Origin: Bacillota bacterium
Lineage (GTDB): Bacteria > Bacillota > Desulfotomaculia > Desulfotomaculales > UBA12532
DNA: 64,000 nt
NCBI GenBank assembly: GCA_040751815.1
Contig: JBFMHQ010000003.1
Coordinates: 269-64,268 of the forward strand
Direction of reading: 5' to 3'
The notes beneath the pieces were generated by a model. It saw only the letters and a list, made by a program, of their open reading frames with translations, had not been told where the DNA came from and ran no database searches. A program made the position numbers and the translations under genes. This document shows positions 19,559 through 28,406 of the stretch, piece after piece (position 1 is the first letter of the stretch; every line of letters starts with the position of its first letter).

Positions 19559-20032
19559 ATGTACCTGGTCAGCCCCACGAAGGGACGCATGACCTTCGAC
19601 CAGATGATGGACGACGTGATGGAGTACATCACCGGCCTTCCCAGCTCTTCGTACAAGATCATCATCGGGTCAGACTCCCAGGTTATCAAGGGGCAAACCT
19701 GCTTCATCACCGCGGTTATCGTTCACCGCCTGGGCAAGGGAGCGCGGTACTACTACCGGCGCAAGACCCACCGCAAGGTCAAGAGCCTGCGCCAGAAGAT
19801 CTTCTTCGAAACCGCCCTCAGCCTGGAACTGGGCGGTCAGGTGGCCAAAAGGTTTGCCGAGATGGGGCACGAAGATCTCAAGGTGGAAATCCACATCGAC
19901 GCCGGCACCCACGGGGACACCAAGGAACTGATCCGCGAGGTGGTCGGGATGGTTGCCGGCTCGGGGTTCAAGGCCAAGATCAAGCCCGAAGCGTACGGGG
20001 CGTCGTGCGTGGCCGACAGGCACACCAAGTAG
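19559..20032 (+). CDS. RNase H-like YkuK (DUF458) family protein
   Basis: IIGSDSQ..ETALSL..EIHIDAG..IKPEAYGASCVADRHTK. Confidence 0.85.
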   Translation: MYLVSPTKGRMTFDQMMDDVMEYITGLPSSSYKIIIGSDSQVIKGQTCFITAVIVHRLGKGARYYYRRKTHRKVKSLRQKIFFETALSLELGGQVAKRFAEMGHEDLKVEIHIDAGTHGDTKELIREVVGMVAGSGFKAKIKPEAYGASCVADRHTK

Positions 20033-20810
20033 CGGGGTCAAAGGAGGAGAGCAGGTCCCAGCGCCGGTCGCGGTGGTAGCCTATATAGGTCCGGCCGCGC
20101 CAGGTGCGGGACCTTTTTTGTCCCCGGAAAACGCGCCACGCTTCGAGGCAGTCCCCCACGATGGTTTCCGCTATCAGGCAGGTGTGGGCCTCGCCCCTGG
20201 GCGGCGAACCGAGCAGGGCATGGGGCAGGGCGGCGCCCACCACCACTTTCAGCCCCCCGCGCGCGGCCAGGGCGAGGGCCGCGGGCGGCACGGCCAGTTC
20301 GGGCAGCGGGATGCGCGCCAGGAAGCGCGCCGAAACCGCGTGGGGCCCGTGGGAGGGCGACGCGGCGCCCAGGTCCGGGCGTCCGACGGCCCGGTTGAGC
20401 AGCTTCCGGACGCGCAGGAGGGCGACCGCGAGGGGTTCCGCGGGCCACCCGTGCGGGTAGCAGTCGGTGAGGGCCAGGTCGGCTCCCCCCTCCACGGCCC
20501 GGACAAGGTCGGCCAGGGTCGGGCCGACCTCCCCGCCCATGTCCCCGTCGACGAACAGCACGCACGTCGCGCCGGCGGCCCGGGCGCAGAGGGCGCCCAC
20601 CGCCCGGGGGACGTCCACCCCCAGGGGCGCGGTGAAAAAGACCGGCGCCACGCGGGGGCCGGCCCGGGCCGCCACCTCCTCCGCCGTCGCGTCGGTGCTG
20701 CCGTTTACCACCGGGATGACCAGGTCCACCCCGAGGGCCAGGAGGCCGTCGACCACCCTGCCGATGGTTCTGGCCTCGTTGCGTGCGGGAACCACGGCGA
20801 CAAGCATCAT
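19980..20810 (-). CDS. Glycosyltransferase family 2
   Basis: VVPARNEARTI..NGSTDAT..FVDGD; overlaps the 3' end of the ykuK-like gene convergently. Confidence 0.8.
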   Translation of the reverse strand: MMLVAVVPARNEARTIGRVVDGLLALGVDLVIPVVNGSTDATAEEVAARAGPRVAPVFFTAPLGVDVPRAVGALCARAAGATCVLFVDGDMGGEVGPTLADLVRAVEGGADLALTDCYPHGWPAEPLAVALLRVRKLLNRAVGRPDLGAASPSHGPHAVSARFLARIPLPELAVPPAALALAARGGLKVVVGAALPHALLGSPPRGEAHTCLIAETIVGDCLEAWRVFRGQKRSRTWRGRTYIGYHRDRRWDLLSSFDPATWCACRPRTTPRTLRA

Positions 20811-20930
20811 GTTACCTCCGGTACCCCGCTATCAAAGTATGGAAAAATTTCCCGCTATGTGCCTTATCCGGGGAGCATCTTCTTTCCCGGCACATATGAT
20901 GAAATAGCCGGAAAAGGAGGTGAAACCTGG

Positions 20931-21788
20931 GTGTCTGTAATAACCCGAGGTGACATTGTAGCCCGGCGTTCCTACAAGATGGATATCTACTTCAAAGTCA
21001 TAGAGGTCTTTATGGCTACGGACGGAAAAAAACACGCGCTCCTGCGCGGGATCGACATAAGGCTCCTGGCCGATGCGCCGGTGGACGATCTTGTCAAGGT
21101 TACGCCAGGCGAGGTGGCGGCCTACTGGCGCAACGTCCTCCAGACCAGCGGCGAATACATAAGGCGCGCCTTCGCCCGCCGGGAGGAAACGCGCCCTTCT
21201 TTAAACCGCGGCGCCGAGGTCGAAACCTTCGACGTGCCCGGTCGGGTGCTGCATATCGATGGGGACGAGGACTACCTGGAGCTTTGCGAAACAACCTACC
21301 GGCAGCTGGGGGTTCCGCACCACACCTACCACATCGAGGAAAAGGATCAGCCGGCGAAGGTGGAAGATCTCCTGCGCCGGCATCGCCCCGATATCCTGGT
21401 CCTGACCGGGCACGACGGCTTTATTAAGGGCCGGCAGGACTTCGCCGATCTCGCCTCCTACCGCAACTCCTCGCATTTCGTGGCGGCGGTGGATGCGGCC
21501 CGGCGTTACGAAAAGAGCCGCGACGACCTGGTGATCTTCGCCGGCGCGTGTCAGTCCCACTACGAGGCCTTGCTGGAGGCAGGAGCAAACTTCGCCAGCT
21601 CCCCCCGGCGGGTGATGATCCACGCCTTCGATCCGGTCTTCATCGTGGAAAAAATCGCCTACACGCCCACTTACAAGCACCTTCCCCTCAGGGAAATCAT
21701 CGAGGCCACCATCACCGGCTTTCCGGGGATCGGCGGCGTGGAAACCTGGGGAAAATACCGTCTCGGCGCCCCCAGGTCGCCTTACTGA
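20931..21788 (+). CDS. yabG: Sporulation-specific coat peptidase YabG
   Basis: GDIVARRSY..RLLADAP..PGRVLHIDGD..LTGHDG..FAGACQS; AAGGAGG RBS. Confidence 0.95.
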   Translation: MSVITRGDIVARRSYKMDIYFKVIEVFMATDGKKHALLRGIDIRLLADAPVDDLVKVTPGEVAAYWRNVLQTSGEYIRRAFARREETRPSLNRGAEVETFDVPGRVLHIDGDEDYLELCETTYRQLGVPHHTYHIEEKDQPAKVEDLLRRHRPDILVLTGHDGFIKGRQDFADLASYRNSSHFVAAVDAARRYEKSRDDLVIFAGACQSHYEALLEAGANFASSPRRVMIHAFDPVFIVEKIAYTPTYKHLPLREIIEATITGFPGIGGVETWGKYRLGAPRSPY

Positions 21789-21948
21789 CGCGGCCGGACA
21801 CCGGCCCTCGGCCCCGGCGCCGCGCGGCAACCCCGCGACCCTTAAAAGCGCCCGCGAACAAAAACCCCTCGCGGTATTATATGGTAACCCAGGCAATACC
21901 ATGCTCAACCTGCCTATTTATGTCATATATTGCTGGGTGAGGGAGGGG

Positions 21949-22257
21949 ATGAAGGTGACCGGTAGAGCTGCCCTCTGCGTCATCAACGACGTGCCGGTAA
22001 TCGGCTCCCGCTTTGCCTGCCGGGAGGAGGCCCTGGCCTCCGTCCGGCGCATGGTAGCCCTTGTGGAAAAATTTGTAGAACCGGCTGCGGCCGCTTGCGG
22101 GGTAGAGTTCCTCCGGAAGGAGGATGGTCCGGCCACGTTGCGGGTAACCGTTGGGGAAGAGGTCCTGGCGTGCGTAAACGGCCTCGACGACGTTACCCTT
22201 TGGCGCTTCAAGAAACTGTTTAAAAAAAAAGATGTTTATCCTGTCCGGCTTCATTGA
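21949..22257 (+). CDS. Hypothetical protein, possibly frameshifted at an A9 tract (would extend to 22348)
   Basis: GGGAGG RBS; coding-like continuation in the +1 frame. Confidence 0.55.
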   Translation: MKVTGRAALCVINDVPVIGSRFACREEALASVRRMVALVEKFVEPAAAACGVEFLRKEDGPATLRVTVGEEVLACVNGLDDVTLWRFKKLFKKKDVYPVRLH

Positions 22258-22695
22258 CAGGGAACCGGAGCAGCCCGAGTGCCTGGTGGTAACCGATGGG
22301 CTGGGGGTCGTGCTTTACAAGCCCCCGGCGCCGGTACAGGAGGGTTAGGAGCGTGCAAAAGGCCTTCTTTCTCCGGGCGCGGGGCAGGGCGAGATTTTCC
22401 GGCGTTCTCCCGGCGTCCTGGCGAGCTTGTGCATCATCGTGCGCAACGAGGAGGCGTACCCGGCGCGCTGCATCGAGAGCGCGCGGGAGGCTAAAGAATT
22501 TTTTTGCAATTTGAGACAGAATCTTACTGATCCTCCCATTCCCCCCGCAGCGGGCTGCCGGGGTCTTTATGGTATCTCTCCACCATCTATCACATTCACT
22601 TCCGTACAGACAAAAAATTGCTAGATTTGCTAATTCTCAGATTTATGTGTAAGCTGAAGGCGGCGTCGAAATTTTTCTAAAGGGGGCGAGAGCTG

Positions 22696-23634
22696 TTGCC
22701 TTTACGGAAGGTTCTCTGCGTGCTCATCGGACTGGCCCTGTGCGCGTCCCTGGCCGGCCTGCCTGCCCAGGCGGCGGGGCCGGCGGCCGGGGTTCTGGAA
22801 GCGGTAAACGCAGCCAGGGTTGAGAACGGTACGCCGCCTCTGGTGGCGGACCCGGCCCTGGCCGCGATAGCCCAGGCGTGCGCAGACGCGCTGGCGGCGG
22901 GCGAGACTCCCCCGCATGCTTTCGCCGCCCTGCAGGCGGCGGGGGTGAGCTACCGCTATGCCGCGCGGGTCACCGTGTACGGCAGCCGGGCGGACGTCGT
23001 GGCGGCCGTCCTGGCCCGGGAGGGCTCGGTAGCCGTGAACCCGCGCTACGAGCGCGCCGGCACCGGTGCCGGCGGCCGTGTTTACGTCCTGCTGCTTACC
23101 GGCGGCACCGCCCCGCAGACGGCACCGGCGCCCCGTCCGCAGCCGCAACCCCAACCGAAGCCCGAGCCGCAGCCCGCACCGCAACCCCGGCCCCAGCCGC
23201 CACCGGAGCCGCCGGCGCCGGAGCCGCCCGCACCCGGTGCAGGGAAGGGCTTCCTTTCCGCGGACGAGCGCGCGATGCTGGATCTTGTGAACGCGGCGCG
23301 CCGGGAGGCCGGACTGGCGCCGCTGGCGCCCGATCCCGCCCTCACCCGGCTGGCGCGCATGAAAGCGCAGGATATGGTCGACCGGCGCTACTTCAGCCAT
23401 TACTCCCCCACCTACGGCTCTCCCTTTGACATGCTGCGCGCCCACGGCGTCGAATACCGCTACGCCGGCGAAAACATCGCGGGGGCGCCCACGGTGGCCA
23501 GGGCCCACGGCGCCCTGATGCAGTCGCCGGGGCACCGGGCCAACATCCTGGGCAGAAACTACACCCGGGTGGGGATCGGCATCGTCGACGGAGGCCCGTA
23601 CGGCAAGATGTTCGTACAACTGTTCACGGGTTAA
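22696..23634 (+). CDS. Secreted CAP/SCP-domain protein (degenerate N-terminal CAP, Pro/Gln linker, C-terminal CAP)
   Basis: Signal peptide; YFSHYSPTYGSPFDML..GENIA..LMQSPGHRANIL (YkwD-like). Confidence 0.9.
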   Translation: MPLRKVLCVLIGLALCASLAGLPAQAAGPAAGVLEAVNAARVENGTPPLVADPALAAIAQACADALAAGETPPHAFAALQAAGVSYRYAARVTVYGSRADVVAAVLAREGSVAVNPRYERAGTGAGGRVYVLLLTGGTAPQTAPAPRPQPQPQPKPEPQPAPQPRPQPPPEPPAPEPPAPGAGKGFLSADERAMLDLVNAARREAGLAPLAPDPALTRLARMKAQDMVDRRYFSHYSPTYGSPFDMLRAHGVEYRYAGENIAGAPTVARAHGALMQSPGHRANILGRNYTRVGIGIVDGGPYGKMFVQLFTG

Positions 23635-23800
23635 GAAGACCGTTCTGCGCGGCCCGGCAGCCGGACGCACGGGCCTGGGAAAAACGGCTGCCTGCCACGG
23701 ACGGGGCAGGCAGCTGCCCCGTCCGTGGCTTTTAGACACTCCTTCCCGTTGCCCGGCATATATTATTACAAAATCTTGCCGGAAAGGAGGAAGGAGTGCC

Positions 23801-25345
23801 ATGAGCATAAAGACGGAACGCCTGAAGGTGAAGCAGGTTGTCGGCGAGAAGACGAAGCAGGTGGCGGTGCGCAGCCGCATTACCATCCCCACGCCCAAGC
23901 CGCCCGCGGACCAGGTCCTCAACGCCCGCGCCCAGGCCGAGGTCACCCAGACCGAGATTATCAAGGACAAGGTTCTCGTCGAAGGTCTCATCACCATCCA
24001 CGTGACCTACGTTTCCACTTCCCCGGGGCAGCCGGTGCACCACGTGGAGCAGGAACTCCAGTTCACCGAGGCGGTTGAAATCAAGGGCGCCGAGCCCGAC
24101 ATGGACGTCTACACCGAGGTTACCGTGGAGAAGGTCAGGGCCCACGTGGACGAAACCAACCCCCTGGTCATCGTCGTCACCGTGATCCTGAAGCTCTTCG
24201 TCAAGGTCACCAAGACCGTGGAAGTGGACGTCGTCGTTGAGGCGCCGCCGGAGAACCAGCCGGTCAAGAAGAAGGTGCAGGTGGAAGAGGTCATCGCCGC
24301 CGGCGAGGCCCAGGTGGTGGTCACCGAACAGGTCACCCTGCCCGCCGTCAAACCGGACATTCGCGAAGTCCTTGACGTCCTGTCCGACCTGACCATCACC
24401 CAGAAGGAAGTCCTCACCGACAAGGTGGTGGTAGAAGGTACACTTACGGTCCAGGTGATCTACGTGTCGACCGCCCCGGAGCAGCCGGTGCACCACGCCC
24501 ACTTTCAGATTCCCTTCACCCAGTTCATCGAGGTGCCGGGCGCGGAACCGGATATGCAGGTGGATATCCAGGCCAAAATCGAAGACGTTGAGGCGCAGCG
24601 GAAGACCAACCGCGAACTGGCCATCGACGCCGTACTGTCCCTGAAGGCCGAGGTTACCGCCACCCGCGAAATGACCATCGTGGTCGATATTAAGGGCCAC
24701 CCCGAGCTTAAGAAGATCAAGCTTTTCCTGGACCAGGTCGTCGGCGAGGCCACGCAGCAACTGGTGCTGCGGGAGACCGGGCGCATCCCCGAGACCAAAC
24801 CGCCGGCGCAAAAGGTGCTGGATATCTTCGTGCACAGCGTCGAGGTGACCGAAACCGAGATTCTGGCCAATAAGGTCATCGTCCGCGGCGCGGTGGAGGT
24901 CAAGGTCAGCTACGTGGCCGATGTTATACCTCCGACGCAGCCGGTGCACGCCTTCGAAGAGCGCATCGTGTTCAACGCCGCCGTGCCCATTAAAGGTGTC
25001 AAAGAGGACATGACGGTGCGCGTTACCGTGACCTCCGAGCACGCTTCCGCGGATCTGGTCGGCCCGCGCGAGGTGGCGAAGCACGTTGTGCTGAAGGTTG
25101 CGGTCCGGGTCACCAAGGTGCTGCAGCAGGAAGTGCTGGTTAAGGCCGTGGCCGCGCCGCCGCCGGAGTGCAAGCCGGGGGAGGTCATCGAGTACACCAT
25201 CCAGCCGGGCGACACCCTGTGGCGGCTGGCGCAAAGGTACGGCACCACGGTTAATGCCATCCTGAACCTGAACCCGGGGATCGACCCCAACAACCTGCAG
25301 GTGGGGATGACCGTCAAGATTCCCTGCAACGCCGACCCCGCCTGA
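23801..25345 (+). CDS. Spore coat morphogenetic protein with three SPOCS (DUF3794) repeats and C-terminal LysM (SipL-like)
   Basis: Three repeats of (D/N)KV.V.G..V.YV..QPVH; LysM YTIQPGDTLWRLAQRYGTTV. Confidence 0.88.
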   Translation: MSIKTERLKVKQVVGEKTKQVAVRSRITIPTPKPPADQVLNARAQAEVTQTEIIKDKVLVEGLITIHVTYVSTSPGQPVHHVEQELQFTEAVEIKGAEPDMDVYTEVTVEKVRAHVDETNPLVIVVTVILKLFVKVTKTVEVDVVVEAPPENQPVKKKVQVEEVIAAGEAQVVVTEQVTLPAVKPDIREVLDVLSDLTITQKEVLTDKVVVEGTLTVQVIYVSTAPEQPVHHAHFQIPFTQFIEVPGAEPDMQVDIQAKIEDVEAQRKTNRELAIDAVLSLKAEVTATREMTIVVDIKGHPELKKIKLFLDQVVGEATQQLVLRETGRIPETKPPAQKVLDIFVHSVEVTETEILANKVIVRGAVEVKVSYVADVIPPTQPVHAFEERIVFNAAVPIKGVKEDMTVRVTVTSEHASADLVGPREVAKHVVLKVAVRVTKVLQQEVLVKAVAAPPPECKPGEVIEYTIQPGDTLWRLAQRYGTTVNAILNLNPGIDPNNLQVGMTVKIPCNADPA

Positions 25346-25376
25346 GCGGAAGACGGCGGAAAAAGAAAGAAAAAAG

Positions 25377-25402
25377 GGGGCTATACGGTACCGTATAGCC
25401 CC
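25377..25402. terminator. Palindromic terminator between convergent sipL-like and protease operons
   Basis: GGGGCTATACGG-ta-CCGTATAGCCCC with a T-run on the minus strand. Confidence 0.75.
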
Positions 25403-25641
25403 TATTCTTCTTCTTGCGGCTCCGGCCCCTCCTGAGCGGGCCGGGGCACCGCCAGGGATTGCAGCCGCTCGATGCTTTCCCTGATGCCGGACGACACGTC
25501 GCGGATGTTTTGGACAAGATTGGAGATGAAATCCAGCCGCGCTTCGAAGTCCGGCGTGGCGGCGGACATGGCGCCCAGGAGAAAAAGGAGGGCCAGGGCC
25601 GGCATACTCGCCTGCTGCTGTTCAGGCTGCGGCAACATCAT
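25402..25641 (-). CDS. Small hypothetical protein (hydrophobic segment + amphipathic helix)
   Basis: GGAGGTG RBS; begins ~15 nt after the protease stop; exact start uncertain. Confidence 0.7.
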   Translation of the reverse strand: MMLPQPEQQQASMPALALLFLLGAMSAATPDFEARLDFISNLVQNIRDVSSGIRESIERLQSLAVPRPAQEGPEPQEEE

Positions 25642-25656
25642 CACCTCCGGTTTCTT

Positions 25657-26664
25657 TTACGGGAACCGCACGGCCAGCGCCCGCAGCACGTTGTTGATGC
25701 GGTTGCAGACGGTGGTATTTTCCGAGCCGGCGAAAAGGAGGCCGACGGCCCGATTTTTCTCGTCGACCACCAGCGAGCCGCTGTCGCCGGGCTTGCTCAG
25801 GGCACTGGTCACGACCTGGTCATCAAAGACGGCGTTCGAGCCCTCGCCGACATCGACGGTAACGGTGGCGTGAACGTAGTTCACCGCGCCGCCGGTAACC
25901 CCGCTGGTGCGCCCGCTCTTCTTCACCGGCATGCCGATTTCCGCCTCCACCGTACCGGTGACCTTTCCGATCTCCAGGATTTCTGTTTTCAGGTCGCGAG
26001 GGTTGAGGGGCGCGGCCACGGCGGCGTCCACCACGTTGCGGCCGTTCGCGCGCCGGTACATGCGGACGGCGTAGGCGGGGTGGTAACTCTGAACCGCGGT
26101 GTTGAGCAGGTATTCTATGCGGGCGGCCACGGGGCACGTTACGGCCTGCGGGCTGTACTGGAGCGCGACAAAGCGGACCAGGCGGGCGAACCTGTCGCGG
26201 CGGACGTCCCCGCCGTCGTAGGGTCCAGGCTGCAGGACGGGATCGCCCGTCTGGGCGCGGCCATCCGCGCCGTTAGACCTGTTGGCCAGGATGTGGTTGT
26301 TGGACAGGATTAGAGGCGCCCCGTTCTTATCCACGACCACCGCGCCCAGCGTGCCCGCGGTAATCCGGTAGTGGCCGATGCTGACGCCGGGCGCCGCCGG
26401 GCGCATCCTGCCGGTGCGTTCGCCGAGCAGGCGCACTTTCCCGACGGCCACCACGTCGGTGGGGAGGTTGTTGACGCGCCGCGGGACGAGTTGCGCCCGG
26501 GGCAGGGCATCGGGCGGGAGCTTTTTCTCCACGAAAACGACCACGGCCAGGTCCGGGGTCCTCTCCCCGCCCACTTCCCTGTAGCCGATGCCCACGCCGA
26601 CCACGTTGGGCAGCTCCAGCAACCGGTCACGGTGATCTTCTAGCGCCTGGCGGAACAGGTTCAT
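25657..26664 (-). CDS. Trypsin-like (S1-clan) serine protease with N-terminal LPNVVGVGIG domain
   Basis: Triad motifs LSNNHIL, VDAAVA, GDSGS; KKSGRTSG; no signal peptide visible. Confidence 0.85.
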   Translation of the reverse strand: MNLFRQALEDHRDRLLELPNVVGVGIGYREVGGERTPDLAVVVFVEKKLPPDALPRAQLVPRRVNNLPTDVVAVGKVRLLGERTGRMRPAAPGVSIGHYRITAGTLGAVVVDKNGAPLILSNNHILANRSNGADGRAQTGDPVLQPGPYDGGDVRRDRFARLVRFVALQYSPQAVTCPVAARIEYLLNTAVQSYHPAYAVRMYRRANGRNVVDAAVAAPLNPRDLKTEILEIGKVTGTVEAEIGMPVKKSGRTSGVTGGAVNYVHATVTVDVGEGSNAVFDDQVVTSALSKPGDSGSLVVDEKNRAVGLLFAGSENTTVCNRINNVLRALAVRFP

Positions 26665-26792
26665 CTGGCATCACCTTCACTGGAAGACCCCTGAAAAGTG
26701 TCCTCCGGGGCTAAGGGGAGAGGGCCAGGCGCGGCCCTCTCATTCCCTTGCGGACGTTCCCTGCGGAGCGAGGATGGCGGCCCCCTCAGACG

Positions 26793-26900
26793 TTATGCCG
26801 AAAGCGGGAACAGGAAGAAGAAGAAGAAGAAGATTACGATGACGATGATGATGATGATCCACCACCAGATAAAAACTCCCGGATCCCTCAGTTCGGGCAT
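26793..26900 (-). CDS. Small hydrophobic WWW peptide E (35 aa) MPELRDPGVFIWWWIIIIIVIVIFFFFFFLFPLSA
   Basis: Manual translation; GGAAGGGAGG RBS; paralogous to four neighbours. Confidence 0.85.
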   Translation of the reverse strand: MPELRDPGVFIWWWIIIIIVIVIFFFFFFLFPLSA

Positions 26901-26931
26901 GCGGCAGGCCTCCCTTCCTAAATTTTGGTAT

Positions 26932-26960
26932 TAAGTTATGCGGTTCTGTATCTTTTGGTT
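26932..26960 (-). promoter_or_regulatory. SigK-like promoter
   Basis: AACC-N16-CATAACTTA. Confidence 0.6.
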
Positions 26961-27229
26961 ACCGTGGGCGGTTCGGCCGGGCGGAGGACAGGGCGGCGAT
27001 GTGGGGATGCCGCCGCCGGCCGGGAGGCCGGGGTCCGTGATCCCCTGTCGTGGCAACCGGAACCAAGCCCTCCCGCCGTTACCTGCTATACAAGGGTATG
27101 AAAAGGCGGCGCCCGTGGTGACATGATTCCGGTGCGTGCGCGGAGCATGCGCGGGTTCGCACCGCGCTCCGGGGAGAAATACGAAGAGGGCCTGCAGGCC
27201 CTCTTCCCCTGGGCGGTGAAGGGTCTCCG

Positions 27230-27343
27230 TTAGGCGCTGATCGGGTTGAGCGGCCAGAAGACCAGGACCAGGAACAGAACGATGATGATGATGATGACCC
27301 ACCACCAGCCGAAGAAAATGCCGGGCTTCTGAAGTTCGGGCAT
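27230..27343 (-). CDS. Small hydrophobic WWW peptide D (37 aa) MPELQKPGIFFGWWWVIIIIIVLFLVLVFWPLNPISA
   Basis: Manual translation; AAAGGAGG RBS; followed by hairpin at 27183-27206. Confidence 0.88.
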   Translation of the reverse strand: MPELQKPGIFFGWWWVIIIIIVLFLVLVFWPLNPISA

Positions 27344-27385
27344 AGATAGTTCCTCCTTTCCTCTATTCGCGGTAATAAACGCCGG

Positions 27386-27499
27386 TTAGGTACTGAAGCC
27401 GGAAAGCGGCCAGAAGACCAGGACCAGGAACAGGACGATGATGATGATAATGACCCACCACCAGCCGAAGAAGATACCGGGCTTCTGAAGTTCGGGCAC
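27386..27499 (-). CDS. Small hydrophobic WWW peptide C (37 aa) MPELQKPGIFFGWWWVIIIIIVLFLVLVFWPLSGFST
   Basis: Manual translation; GTG start with AAGGAGG RBS. Confidence 0.88.
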   Translation of the reverse strand: MPELQKPGIFFGWWWVIIIIIVLFLVLVFWPLSGFST

Positions 27500-27538
27500 G
27501 GTAATGCCTCCTTCCTTATCGGTATAGGCCGGCCGCTA

Positions 27539-27655
27539 TCAGTTGGAGCACCAACCCGAGAACGGCCAGAAGACCAGGACCAGGAACAGGATGATGATGA
27601 TGATAATGACCCACCACCAGCCGAAGAAGACACCGGGCTTCTGAAGTTCGGGCAT
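27539..27655 (-). CDS. Small hydrophobic WWW peptide B (38 aa) MPELQKPGVFFGWWWVIIIIIILFLVLVFWPFSGWCSN
   Basis: 3' end of track ORF 27539..27913; AAGGAGG RBS before ATG 27655. Confidence 0.88.
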   Translation of the reverse strand: MPELQKPGVFFGWWWVIIIIIILFLVLVFWPFSGWCSN

Positions 27656-27726
27656 ATTACTCCTCCTTCCTTCCCTGTGTTGGCAAGCGCCCGCCGGGCG
27701 CCGGGCCCCGAGTTGCGGTAAGGGCG

Positions 27727-27867
27727 CTAATGCCACGGCGGTTTGGGGCGGCGCTGTGCTTGAGGTGAGAAAAGCGGCGAGAAGGCCAGAATCAGGAAGA
27801 GGTCGACGATGACGATAACGATCCACCACCAGGCAAAAACGACCTGTGCCGCGATGGGCCCGGGCAT
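27727..27867 (-). CDS. Small hydrophobic WWW peptide A (46 aa) MPGPIAAQVVFAWWWIVIVIVDLFLILAFSPLFSPQAQRRPKPPWH
   Basis: Manual translation; GGGAGG RBS; most divergent paralog. Confidence 0.8.
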   Translation of the reverse strand: MPGPIAAQVVFAWWWIVIVIVDLFLILAFSPLFSPQAQRRPKPPWH

Positions 27868-27898
27868 GCCGCTTTCCTCCCTTCCATGTTTTTACTAG

Positions 27899-27927
27899 TA
27901 AGGTATGAGGCACCGCGTTCTTTTGTT
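27899..27927 (-). promoter_or_regulatory. SigK-like promoter for the peptide array
   Basis: AACA-N16-CATACCTTA. Confidence 0.6.
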
Positions 27928-28061
27928 ACAGGCCGGTGTTCCCGGCAAAGGTCCGCCCGTACCGCCAGCTTATGCGGCGCCTGCCCCTTTGGTGCCGCAC
28001 CGGGCACACGCCGCGGCGGGCGCATATATTAATACGAAATCCCAAAGCGGAGGGCTAAAGA

Positions 28062-28394
28062 ATGCTGGGTAACTTTGACGTGGGGAACCTTGCCAAACTG
28101 GGTAACTTCACCAAGATAATGGAGGATCTCGGCAGGCTGAAGGAGGAGCTGCGCCGCCTGACCCTGGAGGCCGAGGCCGGCGACGGCGCCGTGCGCATCA
28201 CTTTCAACGGGCTGCAGGAGGTGCTCCGGGTGCGCATTGCACCGGAAGCCGCGGCGAACGTGGGGCGCCTGGAGGCTATGGTGGCCAGTTGCTTCAACCA
28301 GGGGTCCCTCGCGGTGCGGGAGAAGGCGAAGGAAGAAGCCGCCAGGGTGACGGGCCTCAACCTGCCCGACGTAATGAACTTCCTGAACCTTTAG
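28062..28394 (+). CDS. Second, divergent YbaB/EbfC-like protein
   Basis: EAEAGDGAVRITFNGLQEV..V.I.PE aligns with EATAGGGVVRAVANGKQELVSIEINPE of 4449-4754. Confidence 0.75.
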   Translation: MLGNFDVGNLAKLGNFTKIMEDLGRLKEELRRLTLEAEAGDGAVRITFNGLQEVLRVRIAPEAAANVGRLEAMVASCFNQGSLAVREKAKEEAARVTGLNLPDVMNFLNL

Positions 28395-28406
28395 GGGGAT
28401 GGTGCG

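Noticed and set aside
19953..20930. N-terminal 326-aa extension of YabG in the track
   Set aside because: It overlaps the minus-strand glycosyltransferase; the RBS and family homology begin at 20931
26698..26934. Plus-strand ORF with poly-Lys/poly-Met
   Set aside because: It is the antisense reading of the Phe/Ile codon runs of peptide E
27230..27655. Repeated ~100-bp units as a CRISPR array
   Set aside because: Units are too long, keep an open frame with RBS, start and stop, and no cas genes are present; they are coding paralogs
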